Part shown: positions 41,356-55,391 of the stretch, in pieces
How the letters are laid out: each line of letters opens with the position of its first letter
How positions within the stretch are numbered: position 1 is the stretch's first letter
Assembly (NCBI GenBank): GCA_951406725.2
Contig: OX597835.1
Span: 22,258,001-22,322,000, forward strand
DNA from: Octopus vulgaris
Taxonomy: Eukaryota
Direction: 5' to 3'
DNA: 64,000 nucleotides
Translations under genes and position numbers: made by a program
Notes under the pieces: generated by a model
Told to the model about the DNA's origin: nothing
The model's database searches: none
The model's input: only the letters and a program-made list of their open reading frames with translations

Positions 41356-41560
41356 TAGGACTGGATCTCTTCCTGTCAGGTGTCCCTGATGAACCAACTT
41401 CACGGCAGGAGGTGCAGATGAGGGCAGCTGCATCAAACTCTCTCATGCACCAAATGGCAGTTGCTAAAAAGCATTCGTGAGGTAAAATCATGTAGCAACA
41501 CCGGTGCCCCAGCATGGCCACAGCTCAAGAGCTGAAACTGGAAAACATAAACATAAACAA
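41356..41560 (+). mobile_element. CR1/L2-type LINE 3' end (ORF2 C-terminus plus 3' UTR)
   Basis: LDLFLSGVPDEPTSRQEVQMRAAASNSLMHQMAVAKKHS* then ggtgccccagcatggccacagctcaagagctgaaac and an (aaacat)n tail. Confidence 0.7.
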
Positions 41561-41686
41561 ACATAAAAATATATACACACATGCATTTATGGGTACAGGA
41601 CGTCACCAACAGTGCAAATAACATGAAATACGTAAACAAACGAGAGAAATATATATATATTTATATACATCTGCATGTATATTAAT

Positions 41687-41720
<34 letters not shown>

Positions 41721-41721
41721 T

Positions 41722-41782
<61 letters not shown>

Positions 41783-42744
41783 ACGCACGCACATTACATA
41801 TACATACATACATATAAAACGCACATCGGCAGAACTATAGTAGAATCGACAGGGCACCAACAATATTTTGTAGTTCAAATCCCTCTTAGGTATACTCTAC
41901 CTTTCTTTCTTTGAAGATCAATGTGTCCCAGCAGAAGAAATAGTCAACTCGATATAATGGACAGCAAAACTCTTCAGCATGGCCGCCGTCTAATGAGCAA
42001 AAACCTGAATGTATTACCTCAGTTTCTCCACAGTCTACTGATCGAAACCAGCAGAATGAATTATGGTTCCGCATTATGATTCTATTTTGACTTTTGCTGT
42101 TTAACCCTAGGCTTTTTTCTGATCACGTTGACCTATAATCAATTACGGTCTTTGCATCTTCAGATAGAGGACAGCTTCGAGAACGTTATTCAATGTATGT
42201 CTTTCCTCTTAAGAAAACAGGGTAAGATTTTTTAGGGACATTTGATCGCTCTTTCTAGCAAGTTGCAAGATCTTATAAAGGCTCCCTCCTCATTTCGTTG
42301 TTAGATTCTATCGTTGGTTTCATCACGAGGTGGATAGGATAAGAACCAGTCGAATATTAGAAATAGATTTAATAGACCCCTCTCAACCCCCAAAATGTCT
42401 GACTTTTCAGTTTAAGTTAGATGTTTGTAGGTATCTAGGCCAACGTTCTCTAAAATGTCCTTTTAAAAAAGACAAACGGGAACAGTTTCTGAGAGAGGTT
42501 GAAATGCTGCTATGTCAGCAGGTTGAGCAGCCACGTAGAGGCCTCACTCGTTGGCTCTGCCCATTATCTACGGTACACTTGGTGATGTGCTGTAACCAAA
42601 TACCTTCAGAATAAACTGGAGAACTTTCGTCATTCGTCATTGCTATCAAAAGAATAAGTGACGACCTAAATTTTTCAAATTTAGTTTATCATCATCCAGA
42701 CAGTTGAATATGCAAAAATGTATTTGCTATATTTGCCTTTTGGG

Positions 42745-42893
42745 TTCTTTCCTTCTTTCTTTCCTTCTTTCTTTCCTTCTTTCTTCCTTTCTTCCTTTCT
42801 TTCTTTCTTTCTTTCCTTCTTTCTTGTTTCCTCCCTTCCTTCTTTCTGTCTTTCTTGCTTCTTTCCTTCTTTCTTTCCTTCTCTCTTTCCTTC

Positions 42894-42925
<32 letters not shown>

Positions 42926-43003
42926 CTTCTTTCTTGTTTCCTCCCTTCCTTCTTTCTGTCTTTCTTGCTTCTTTCCTTCTTTCTTTCCTTCTCTCTTTCC
43001 TTC

Positions 43004-43035
<32 letters not shown>

Positions 43036-43110
43036 CTTCTTTCTTGTTTCCCCCCTTCCTTCTTTCTATCTTTCTTTTTTTCTTTCTTTCTTTCTTTCTT
43101 TCTTTCTCAA
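42745..43110. repeat. (CTTT/CCTT)n tract with about 110-bp higher-order duplication
   Basis: ttcttgtttcctcccttccttctttctgtctttcttgc repeated. Confidence 0.88.
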
Positions 43111-43702
43111 GGTTCAATATTTGAGTTTTGTGGTTGGTGTGGGAACCACCAAAGTAGACAATCGACTGGTGACTTCTTCTGTTAAATGGTTTAGGGAGAT
43201 AGCATAAATGAATGAACAAACAAACAAATACGTAAATAGATAAATAAATAAATGAAAATCTGATGATAACGACAACATCAGAGGCAGTGGTGGTCGCAAC
43301 CACGACGACAATGATGAAGGTGGTTGTGGTGGTGGTGGTGGTGGTGGTGGCGGTGGTGGTGGTGGCGGCTTTGGCGGCGGCGGCGGCGGTGGTAGTGATG
43401 GCGGTGGTGGTGAAGAAAAATTATTATGATGATTATGGTTATGGTAACGACGACGATGATGATGATGATGATGATGATGAGGGTAATGGTGATGGCGATA
43501 ATGATGATGATAATGCTGATGATGAAGAAAAATATGTTAATGGTGGTGATGATGATGATGATGAACCATCACGTGGTAAAATAACCTTTGACGAGCATCC
43601 CATAGACGATTGCGCTTGTGGGCATAAAACTAAAATTCATTAAACAGTAGTCACTTTATAATCACTCACACACACACACACACATACATACACACACACA
43701 CA

Positions 43703-43758
<56 letters not shown>

Positions 43759-44015
43759 GTTAAATGTGCAAACGAAACACAATAGCACTGAGATGCATTT
43801 GGCGTGAGTTTCATGCATTTCATAACAGTTTGCACTCAGCTCCACATTACTCTAAGTTTCGTGGGCGAATGACACGTATTTACGTCGGAGAGATTTCCTA
43901 GCGTTACGTTATTTTATATATGATTTGAGAGAGATTTGGCTGCTATTTCTAACAAATTGAGGAATTGCACTGATCCAGTACATCTTTGGTCAAAAAAGGT
44001 TCTGTATTCTGTCAT

Positions 44016-44225
44016 TCTTTTATTCTTTTGCTTGTTTCAGTCATTTTGACTGCGGCCATGCTGGAGCACTGCATCTAGTCGAACAAATCGACTCCCAGGA
44101 CTTATTCTTTGTAAAGCTAGTATTTATTCTATCGGCCTGTATTGCCGAACCTTTAGATTACGAGACGTAAACACACCAACATCGGCTGTCAAGCGCTGGT
44201 AGTGGGACAAATAGGGACACACAAA
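44016..44225 (-). mobile_element. SINE family A, 3' half
   Basis: Family A tail and body. Confidence 0.85.
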
Positions 44226-44231
44226 TACATG

Positions 44232-44371
<140 letters not shown>

Positions 44372-44414
44372 CATATATATATATACATATATATATATAC
44401 ATATATATATATAC

Positions 44415-44513
<99 letters not shown>

Positions 44514-44966
44514 AAGAAGTAAACATATGGCACAACGAAGTACCGATATTTACTGGAAATAGCGAACGTAATAATACGACGCTAATGTATAGCTTCACCG
44601 CGTATGTACTAGCAAAAATGCGTGTGTGCAACAAACTAGAAAAAATTGTCTTACCTCCAGGGAGAACATCTGAAAGATGAAATACCTGGAAAAGGATAAT
44701 GTGGGACCTGCGCATGTTTCAGATTTTTCAAGATATGTCTGCACCCATAAACTTGATCTATCTTCATCAGCCAAACATATACCACGACAACATTTCAGAT
44801 GTTACCACATTAATGCCATTACACTCGACTGAAACGCCGAAACGCTAACAGCACGAGAATGGTGAAGAAGTTTCAATAAATTAGTAATTATTAATTAGTA
44901 ATTATTCCCTCACGGGCTATTCTTTACTGGAAAGCAATACTCTAGTATTGCATTACTAATTTATAA

Positions 44967-45044
<78 letters not shown>

Positions 45045-45281
45045 TAACAAATATAACAAATATAACAAATATATTTGTTAGTAGTAAACTCATTACTGCT
45101 TGCTACAGGGGACTGGTTAGCCATTACAATATGTAGCGGCGAAAAGTCAACACGTTGTTCTGAGACTGACCAAGGAATTTTTATTTTTAGATATAAATGA
45201 TGTACTTAAATACCCTCATGCTTTTAGCTTCTGCTTTTTCCATGAACGCATGTAAGTATATTATTTATATTCCCTCGTAAG

Positions 45282-45341
45282 CTCTACCGATGAAGAATGA
45301 ATCCTTCATGAGATTAATTCCGAAATTGATTCAATATAGAG
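45282..45341 (+). ncRNA. Hammerhead motif, paralog of 17229-17288, core mutated (CCGATGA)
   Basis: ctcta CCGATGA agaatgaatccttcatgagattaattcc GAAA ttgattcaa TA tagag. Confidence 0.55.
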
Positions 45342-45463
45342 ATAACGAAATTTAAATTTTCCAACGGTTAGTTGCCCGATTTCAGTTCAATTTTCCTGTA
45401 ACAAGTGGATTATAAGTGGATAATCAGTATATTGGATTTAGAATAATCTTCTTTAGCCCTTGC

Positions 45464-45523
<60 letters not shown>

Positions 45524-45567
45524 TGTATATATATATATATATGTATGTATGTATGTATGTATATATA

Positions 45568-45600
<33 letters not shown>

Positions 45601-45637
45601 ATATATATATATACGTATATATACATATGTATGTATG

Positions 45638-45672
<35 letters not shown>

Positions 45673-45697
45673 AATTAAAAAAGGAAAATACGCACAC

Positions 45698-45939
45698 TTA
45701 CATAGTTTTAATATAATTTTTAATATATCGACCGGTTTCGCTATCGCTATTCATGATATTATGTTTTGCTTATTTAAATATATATTTTTTCTTAAGAACA
45801 AATTTGGTCCATGTTGTGTTCATCATGGACCAAATTTCTTCTTAAGAAAAAATATATATTCAAATAAGTAAAACATAATATCATGAATGGCGATAGCGAA
45901 ACCGGTCGATATATTAAAAATGATATTAAAACTATGTAA
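45698..45939. repeat. Fold-back inverted repeat (about 115-bp arms) carrying a hammerhead-like motif in each arm
   Basis: Arms 45698-45813 and 45824-45939; motifs at 45725-45759 (-) and 45878-45912 (+): atatc ATGAAT(A/G) gc gata gc GAAA ccgg TC gatat. Confidence 0.88.
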
Positions 45940-46016
45940 TTCTTATATACATTTAATTTCTTATATACATTACAATTCACCACGTGGGGATAATCGAAAT
46001 TCCTCTTTTCTGTTAC

Positions 46017-46073
<57 letters not shown>

Positions 46074-46079
<6 letters not shown>

Positions 46080-46235
46080 GGAGTGGATGTGCGGTAAGTA
46101 GCTTGCTTACTAGCCACATGATTCCGAGTCCAGTCCCACTGCGTGCTACCTGGGGCAAGTGTATTATACTATAGCCTCGGGCCGACCAAAGCCTTGTGAG
46201 AGGATTTGGTAGATGGAAACTGAAAGAAGCCCGTC

Positions 46236-46270
<35 letters not shown>

Positions 46271-46430
46271 TTATATATGTTTGTGTGTGTATGTGTGTGT
46301 GTTTATGAGTCTGTGTTTGTCCACTCACCATCACTTGACAACCGATGTTGGTGTGTCTGCATCCCCGTAACTTAGAATAGGTTCTAGGGTCAATTTGTTC
46401 GACTAAAAGCTCCAGTATGGCCGCAGTCAA
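46074..46430 (+). mobile_element. SINE family A with internal deletion
   Basis: Family A consensus. Confidence 0.88.
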
Positions 46431-47360
46431 AGTTCGATGACCACCGCCACCTCCCGTAGTGGCCCTTTCGTTGTTACGAGATCCTTATTAGTTATGGCTA
46501 CTTTTTATTATTTCTTCTACCTTTTCCCAGAAGATTGTTTTTCCCCCTCTGAATCTTTCAATCTTTCTTCTCCCTCTCCCAAGATCCTTCCTCCAGCCCT
46601 TTCACCTTCTCTCCTTCCTTCCTCGCGTCAATTCTTTATCTCTTACTCTTCAATGCAAAAAAAGACAGAGTGACAGAGTTACCTCCCCCTTCTTCCTCTT
46701 TCTTACAGGCCTTCTTCCCTTCTCTCTCTTTCTCTCTCCCTCTCTCTTTCTCTCTGTCTTTCGCCCTCTGTTCCTCTCTCTCTCTCTCCCTTTCTCTGAC
46801 ACTATCTAATCTTACTTATCCAAAACCTCTCAATTACATGTAGAGCACCATTCTACAAATACCAAGGTTACATGCTAGACCTTATTAAATCAAATACAAA
46901 CGGTGCTGGGTATGTACTGCTTCCCACCACCACCACAACCACCACCGTCACCACTCCGGGCAGTAATGAAGAAATGTTGAGATGTAAATTCTAAACAGGT
47001 CACCTATCAGTTCTTCTTAACGTTCAAATTGCTTTAATCCTTAGGGGAACAACTAAAAGAAAGTAACTCACATTTTTTTTTTTTTTGCGGATGATATAAA
47101 CTTCAAGTAAACTGCACAGTGGTTTGGCTATGGCCGCGCATGGCTCACGTGAAAACTGATACTCCACGAAAAAAAGGCGTACGTACAATCATATTTATGT
47201 ACGTAGACATTTATACATGCATATGTAGGGACAGGCAGACAGACTGACAGACAGACAGACAGACAGACAGACAGATAGATAGATGGATGGATAGATAGAT
47301 AGATAGACAGACAGACAGATAGATAGATAGACAGATAGATAGATAGATAGACATAGATAG

Positions 47361-47397
<37 letters not shown>

Positions 47398-47425
47398 TAG
47401 ATAACAAGCCAGACAGGTAGGTAGG

Positions 47426-47501
<76 letters not shown>

Positions 47502-48084
47502 GAGATAGATAGATAGTCAGACAGGTAGGTAGGTAGGTACACAGATAATTTATATATGTATATACATTTTACACGTTATATGTGTAACTTATTTCTGCTT
47601 TAGCTGTTTCAGTTGTTAGATTGCGGCCATGCTGGGGCACTGCTTTGAAGCGTTTAGTCGAATAGATCGACCCCAGCTTTCAACTGATACTTATTTTATC
47701 GACCCCGAAACGATGAAATATAAAGTTGACCTCGGCGGAATTTGAACACAGAACGTTATATAAGAATTACGATAACATGTTAGGTTACTATTGAGAGTTG
47801 GAAGTCTAATGATACGGGAGCTAATCCTCCAAAAGATGGTGTGAGGTATTTCTTCTTTCTTCGCATCGTCAGGTCGACAAGTGACTCATGGTGGCTCTCT
47901 TGACAAGCACTATATATATAGGGAGAGAGGGGGAGAGGGGGAAGAGAGAGAGGAGGAGAGAGAGAGAGAGAGAAGAAGAGGAAGCATGTATGTGTTAATA
48001 AGGTTCCGTAAAGAAAGAGATTGTTCTTTCCAGGGATTCTTACATTCTAGCTTCCTCCAGTTTATCCATATATCTGTGAATTTA

Positions 48085-48483
48085 AGGCGGCGAGCTGGCA
48101 GAAATGTTAACACCCCGGGCGAAATGCATAGCGGTATTTCGCCTGCCGCTACGTTCTGAGTTCAAATTCTGCCGAGGTCGACTTTGCCTTTCATCATGTC
48201 GGGGTTGATTAAATAAGTACCAGTTACGCACTGGGGTCGATGTAATCGACTTAATCCGTTTGTCTGTCCTTGTTTGTCCTCTCTGTGTTTAGCCCCTTAT
48301 GGGTAGTAAAGAAATAGGTATTTCGCCTGCCGCTATGTTCTATGTTCAAATTCCGCCGAGGTCGACTTTGCCTTTCATCCTTTCGGAGTCGATAAATTAA
48401 GTACCAGTTGCGTACTGGGGTCGATCTAATCGACTGGCCCCAACTCCCCCAAAATTTCGGGCCTTGTGCATAGGGCAGAAAAG
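48085..48483 (+). mobile_element. Composite/dimeric SINE family C with 18-bp TSD
   Basis: Head, body and tail 1 followed by a second body and tail 2; TSD catatatctgtgaattta at 48067-48084 and 48484-48501. Confidence 0.92.
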
Positions 48484-48679
48484 CATATATCTGTGAATTT
48501 ACAGGAATTCGTTTCTTTGTGATAGTATTAGTGTTTGATAGACATCAGTACTATACACGTTACAGAGTTCCATTTCCCCGTATAATTATTTTTACCCTTT
48601 TCGATATTTGCGAACATAAATTTAGTAGTATAATTTATATATATATGTGTGTGTGTGTGTGTGTAAGGTATACTAGCCA

Positions 48680-48935
48680 TCTAAATATGGCTAACCACCA
48701 AGGGTGGGTGTTACTGTAGCTTGTTGCCCCAGGAGATCATCGTCTCCAGCTGGCTTTAGGCACACTTTCTGTGCCCTTGTGGTATTTGCAAAGCGGGATC
48801 GTCCCTCCCTCGTCAACCTAAGTGATACGCACGGACTGCAGTTTCGAGGTATTTGCCTGTCTTCGACGTACGGCAATCACCGGTTTTCGATGGAGAGACG
48901 CCCGATGCAAATCTTTATATATCGTTTTTCCAGTA
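48680..48935 (-). mobile_element. Penelope-like pLTR fragment with hammerhead motif at 48828-48872
   Basis: Paralog of 51750-52000; minus strand cgtacg TCGAAGA caggcaaatacctc GAAA ctgcag TC cgtgcg. Confidence 0.65.
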
Positions 48936-49020
48936 ACTATTCGTCACTGATCTCGAAAAACTGTATTCAAGCAATAATAAATCTCTGAACGAGATGCAAA
49001 CAGTAACTGCACGACAATGT

Positions 49021-49065
<45 letters not shown>

Positions 49066-49276
49066 CCCTACCTTCGAAACGCGGAGTAGATAAAACAGGG
49101 GACATCTGATGAAAGGAATGTTCCTTGTGTTGCCTGTCTCGTTTCTCTTTTTGTTCACGTTTTTATGATGTACTGTACCCATATATGCAGGCATATAGAC
49201 ATATATATGTAGATATGTACATATATGTATGTATATATGCATATACTTATATATTATTTATATTATCATATACATG

Positions 49277-49395
<119 letters not shown>

Positions 49396-49396
49396 A

Positions 49397-49614
49397 AAGT
49401 TAATCCAAACATGAAAACACTAAGAGAAAACACAACAACACGAGGACGTGGAACAAATATAGTATTATTGGATGCTCAGGAAGGAAGGGAAGAAGGAGGG
49501 TTTTACGTTTCGAGCGGAGCTCTTCGTCAGAAACATAAGAAAAGGAAAAATTCAGAGAAGGGAAGACGGAGGAGAAGAAATCGCCAACGGTACACACGCG
49601 GTCATATTTCGAAT

Positions 49615-49617
<3 letters not shown>
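49397..49617 (-). mobile_element. Penelope-like pLTR fragment in (TA)n with minimal hammerhead at 49500-49534
   Basis: Minus strand gttt CTGACGA a gagc tcc gctc GAAA cg TA aaac; paralog at 51492-51693 (+). Confidence 0.7.
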
Positions 49618-49665
<48 letters not shown>

Positions 49666-49772
49666 GCTACAGTTATAACATAAGAAGACAATGTAATTAT
49701 TTTGGCTTCTAGTATTGGTAAAAATGAGTTAAAAATGGATTATCCTTTATGCTGAAAATCTATATGGTCATC

Positions 49773-49859
49773 TACTTCTGAGGAGAGCGGTTTCTTTTAA
49801 GCTGATGCAATATTTTCATTGATCGATTATATGGAGCCGCTCGAAACGGCCGTAACGTA
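49773..49859 (+). ncRNA. Type I hammerhead motif with extended stem II
   Basis: tactt CTGAGGA gagcggtttc-[38 nt]-ggagccgctc GAAA cggccg TA acgta. Confidence 0.68.
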
Positions 49860-50747
49860 TTGAGACCTGTACATCCTTGTTACTTATTTACATTATATAT
49901 ATATATATGTTACGTGTTCGCTTACGTTCCACTACGAGATGGCTTCATCAATCCAGAGCAAACACAAACACCCGGTTTAGCAGGTGCCCGGATGAAGGCC
50001 TCTGAATCGTGACACACAGCATACAGGGTCAACATCGCGGAAAGAGAGGTCAATACTGCGGAAACTGGGGTCAGCTCCATCTTTATGAACCAACCACCCC
50101 GACTTCCAAACAGATGAAAAAGGAAATGTCGGTACCCTGTTTTGATTTAATATTCTCCACATTTTATTATCATATATTATTATAATCAGTTATATGGCTG
50201 CTGCTTTTGTTGCTATTGTTGTTGTTTTGGTGGTGGTGGTGGTGGTGGTGGTGGTGGTTGTGGTGGTGGTGGTTGGTGGTGGTGGTGGTGGTGGTGGTTG
50301 GTGGTGGTGGTGGTGGTGGTGGTGGTGGTGGTGGTGGTGGTGGTGGTGGTGGTGGTGATGGTGGTGGTGGTGGTGGTTGAGGTGATGGTGGTGGTGGTGG
50401 TGGTGGTGGTGTGTTGGTGGTGGTGGTGGTGGTGTTGGTGGTGGTGGTGGTTGTGTTGGTGGTGGTGGTGGTGGTGTTGGTGGTGGTATTGGTAGTGGAG
50501 CTGGTGGTGGTGGCGGTTGCATTGGCGGAGTGGTTATTTTTTATTTTTTATTATTTTTTTTTTAGTTGTTTTCATATGTAATTTTAGCGCAGGGAGAAGG
50601 CAGTTGTATTAATGCTGAAGGACATATGGAGATTTTTGTTGGGCGCCCTAATTTATGCTTGGTGACGGCTACTGTCTCCCATTTGGGGAACATATTACAT
50701 TATATATATATATATAAGTCCATCTCATTAATATGGAGGGGTATCTT

Positions 50748-50848
<101 letters not shown>

Positions 50849-50986
50849 AGGGTGGATATGATATGGGGCACTGAATAAATCGCTGTTTTTGAGATTCGTT
50901 TTCTGTAATGTTTTCCATTCGTCGCCGCCCTTTGTAGAAAATGAAGAAAACGATTATTATTATCCTTGTTGTTGTTGTTGTTAATA

Positions 50987-51085
50987 AGGCGGCGAGCTGG
51001 CAGAATCGTTAGCACGCTGGACGAAATGCTTAGCAACATTTCACCCGCTTTTACGTTCTGAGTTTCAATTCCGCCGAGGTCATCT
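50987..51085 (+). mobile_element. SINE family C 5' fragment
   Basis: ggcggcgagctggcagaatcgttagcacg. Confidence 0.85.
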
Positions 51086-51289
51086 TTCAAGTCAACGCAC
51101 GAAACTCTCGGACCTTGAGTCAGTCAATTTCACGAAATATTAGTTTCATATTTTGGCACAAGGCCAGCAATTTCGGACCCCAGTGTTCAACTGGTACTTA
51201 TTTTATAGACCCCGGAAGACTTCAGCTAATTATTAATAAAAATATACATATACTCATATTTTCAGTTCTATTTTGCACCAACATACCTA

Positions 51290-51392
<103 letters not shown>

Positions 51393-51434
51393 TATATATA
51401 TATATGTATGTATGTATGTATGTATATATGTATG

Positions 51435-51491
<57 letters not shown>

Positions 51492-51493
<2 letters not shown>

Positions 51494-51688
51494 GTGTACC
51501 GTTGGTGATTTTTTTTCCTCTGTCTTCCCTCCTCTGGATCTTTCTTTCTCGTATGTTTCCGATGAAGAACAACACCCGAAACGTTAAACCCTCCTTCTGT
51601 CCTTCTTTCCCGAGCGTCCAATAATACTATATTTGTTCCACGTCCTCGCGTTGTTGTGTGTTTTTTTTTGTGCTTTCTTGTTTGGATT

Positions 51689-51693
<5 letters not shown>
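51492..51693 (+). mobile_element. Penelope-like pLTR fragment in (TA)n, degenerate hammerhead at 51555-51589
   Basis: Reverse-complement paralog of 49397-49617; gttt CCGATGA ... GAAA cg TT aaac. Confidence 0.65.
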
Positions 51694-51732
<39 letters not shown>

Positions 51733-51895
51733 TGATGTAAATATGCCATTTGAATATGGCTAACCCCTAAGGGTGGATGCTACTGTAGTTTTTAGCCCCA
51801 GGAAGACATCTCCTCCAGCTGGCTATAGACACACTTTCTGTGCCCTATCAGTATTTGCAAAGGGAAGCCATCCTTCCCGTCTTCAACTTATGATA

Positions 51896-51940
51896 CACAC
51901 GGACCCGAGTTTCAAGGTATTGACCTATCATCAGCGTGTG
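51896..51940 (-). ncRNA. Type I hammerhead ribozyme motif with intact core
   Basis: cacacg CTGATGA t aggt caat acct t GAAA ctcggg TC cgtgtg; perfect 6-bp stem I and GUC site. Confidence 0.78.
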
Positions 51941-52076
51941 ACAATCACAGTTGTCGGTAGGAAGGAGGTTCTCTTTACAAATACATATACTTTTTCCAGT
52001 GTTCAGTGACACTGATATTGAAAAAGTGAAATCAAACAATGATAAATATCAGTGTTGATAACTCACTCTGATATTT

Positions 52077-52125
<49 letters not shown>

Positions 52126-52447
52126 TATTATACAGTATATAAACATACAAGTACAAACATAATTGCATACACAGGCATAAGCGTGTGTGTGCGCGCGCGC
52201 GTATTTTCACGTTTCGTAATCCCTTTATCGTGTCACACGTTTTTCTATTGTTTATATGGGCCCTTAGTTTCAATTACCATTATTTTTTTTTATTATTTGT
52301 ATTGTCCCTGTCTCGTCCTTTGTCCCCGTGTGAAACTTCAGTAGATAAATAAAGCAATCATCATTACCATTATCCTCCTCCTCCTCCTCCTCCTCCTCCT
52401 CCTCATCATCATCATCATTATTATTATTATTGTTGTTGTTATTATTG

Positions 52448-52478
<31 letters not shown>

Positions 52479-52480
52479 CA

Positions 52481-52577
<97 letters not shown>

Positions 52578-52588
52578 CATCATCATCA

Positions 52589-52640
<52 letters not shown>

Positions 52641-52655
52641 TATTATTATTATTAC

Positions 52656-52686
<31 letters not shown>

Positions 52687-52689
52687 ATT

Positions 52690-52751
<62 letters not shown>

Positions 52752-53051
52752 CAATGTCGCATCGTGGAACTGGGTCTCGAGGATTGCTGGGTTAATGCCT
52801 CTTCGGGAGTTCACTGTAGCATATTTAACTCGGTGGACGAAGGTGGACGGAGGAGGTGGAAGTGGGGTTGGACGGGGAGGGGGAACGGAGGGACGTGGGG
52901 ACGTGGGGGCGAGGTGGCCAGGGTGTGCAATTAAAACGGTTGTTTTCTATATCACATTATGCTGCGCTTATAATCATCACCATACAACGCCATATAAAAT
53001 ATATCATCAACCCCACCGCCACAACTACCACTGCCAACACCATCACCACCG

Positions 53052-53105
<54 letters not shown>

Positions 53106-53625
53106 ACATCAACATCATCATAATCATCATAATCGTCAAGACCACCTCCATCATTAATATTTTTCAGTTGTATTTTTATACACCCACCACAATTATTGCA
53201 TACCTTCTTCTTCTTCTTCTTCTTCTTCTTCTTCTTCTTCTTCTTCTTCTTCTTCTTCTTCTTCTTCTTCTTCTGCTTCTTTAAATTCCACCCCCACTTG
53301 TTTCTCTCCACCCGCCCACCCCTAATTAACCCAGAACAACCACCGCTAAATGCTTATGGCTAACACCCCAGGTTTCATTCGCAACCACTGACACTCACTG
53401 TTGCTACTACTACCACTGCTGCTGCTGCTGTTTAACTGGCGACACTTAGCTGTGATGGTCGCCATTTATGTAAACCATAACCGCACATAAATATGATTTT
53501 ATATATATATATATATGGTCATACTCACATGTGGAATTGATCTATAAACATATACAAACACACGCATGTATATATAGGAACATTTTGACATACTATACAT
53601 ATATGTGTGTGTGTGTGTGTGTGTA

Positions 53626-53660
<35 letters not shown>

Positions 53661-53807
53661 GTATATACATATATACATATATAGAAGTATATGTACATTT
53701 ATACATATATAGAAGTATATGTATATATACGTATATACATATATATATATATACGTGTATATATATATATATATATATACGTATATATATATATATGCAT
53801 ATATATA

Positions 53808-53855
<48 letters not shown>

Positions 53856-55354
53856 CGTGGGTGGGTGTACTATGTATGTATACTTATGTGTGTGTGAGTG
53901 CATGTATACATAATTATAGATGGATAGATAGGTACTTGTATGTATATGTGTCCATGTATGAATATAATACACCGGGAACTTACCAAGTTTATGCTGTGTG
54001 TGTGGGTTTTTTTTATTTCATCCCATTTGGACTTTTTCGCAGTCTTGGAGCAGTTTGTTTGTTTAACATTAATCATTGTCTGTTCCCTGTGTCTATGTCA
54101 CGTATTTTGTGGTTACGTGCGTTTACGGATATATGAGTGTATGTGAGTGTGTACCGCAATTCATTAAATTCCGGATTAAAAAAAAAGGGCCTTACATTAT
54201 AATCAGTGACTTTCTTTTAACTGTTTATGTTAATATTTATTTATTTATTTATTTATTTATTTATGTATTTATTTATGAAATAGTTAACTGTTTGTGTTCC
54301 CTTTTTGCGTTTCATTTTTTTTCATTAAGCCTTCCTAGACTGTTATTTGAAACTCGATCCGTTTTCCTCGCAGTTTTCGCATTTCCTCTTTTTCTCGTGT
54401 CTAATTGGAAGGAAAAAATATGTTTACATAAATTCCATTGTTAGGGCTTTTGTTTTGAACGTTTTAAATTATAGGAAGTGTGTGTGTGTGTGTGTGTGTG
54501 TGTCTGTGTCTGTGTCTGTGTGTGTATGTGTGTGTGTGCGAGTATGTTTGTGTGTGTGCGTGTGTGTGTGTGCTAGTATGTTTGTATGTGTTTGTGTGTG
54601 CATATGTGTATGTTTATGAATTTTGTATACATACATTCGTAGATTCACTCACATACATATGAGCACATACAATTATACACATATGCAATGCCTGTCCCGA
54701 TTCCTTCAGGAAAAGTATCTCGCATTCTAAATTTACTTTTACTTTTTATTTTTATTTATTTAATTGTTTTTATTTTTTACCATAACTATATACTTTCGGC
54801 TTCTTTGTATTGAGTAGTTTGCCTTCAATTATAGTTTATCTTCAATTTAGTATTTCTTTACAGAAGGTTGGTAGCTGGCAGAATCGTTAACACTTCGAAC
54901 GGTACTGAAGAAAGGGCAATAACTCCTAAAATGTGCATATACACCCATCAACTATTTTCTGTCTCCGATCTCATCATTTATAAAGATTTATTTGCATCCA
55001 AAACGTCATAATGCTGGCTCTAAATTCTATAGAAGATCTGTAGAAATAGCTTAAAGCTATTAGTGGCATAACTTCCGGCTCTTTACCTTCTGAATTCAAA
55101 TCCTGCCCTGATCGACTTACTTTTCATCCTTTTGGGTTCAATATAATGTAGATCACTCCGCCTCAAAATTGCTGGCCTGATGTCAAAATTAGAAAAATAT
55201 ATTTCTTACCAGGAAAGAAAATTTATATATATATCTGTGTGTTCTCAAGATTTAAAGGATGGTGGTGAAAACATGATGCTTTCCTTCATAACTTTGCTAC
55301 CAAGTTGGTGGTCAGTTAAGATTTACTCCAAACTAGAAAGAGAAAGTGTGTGTA

Positions 55355-55391
<37 letters not shown>

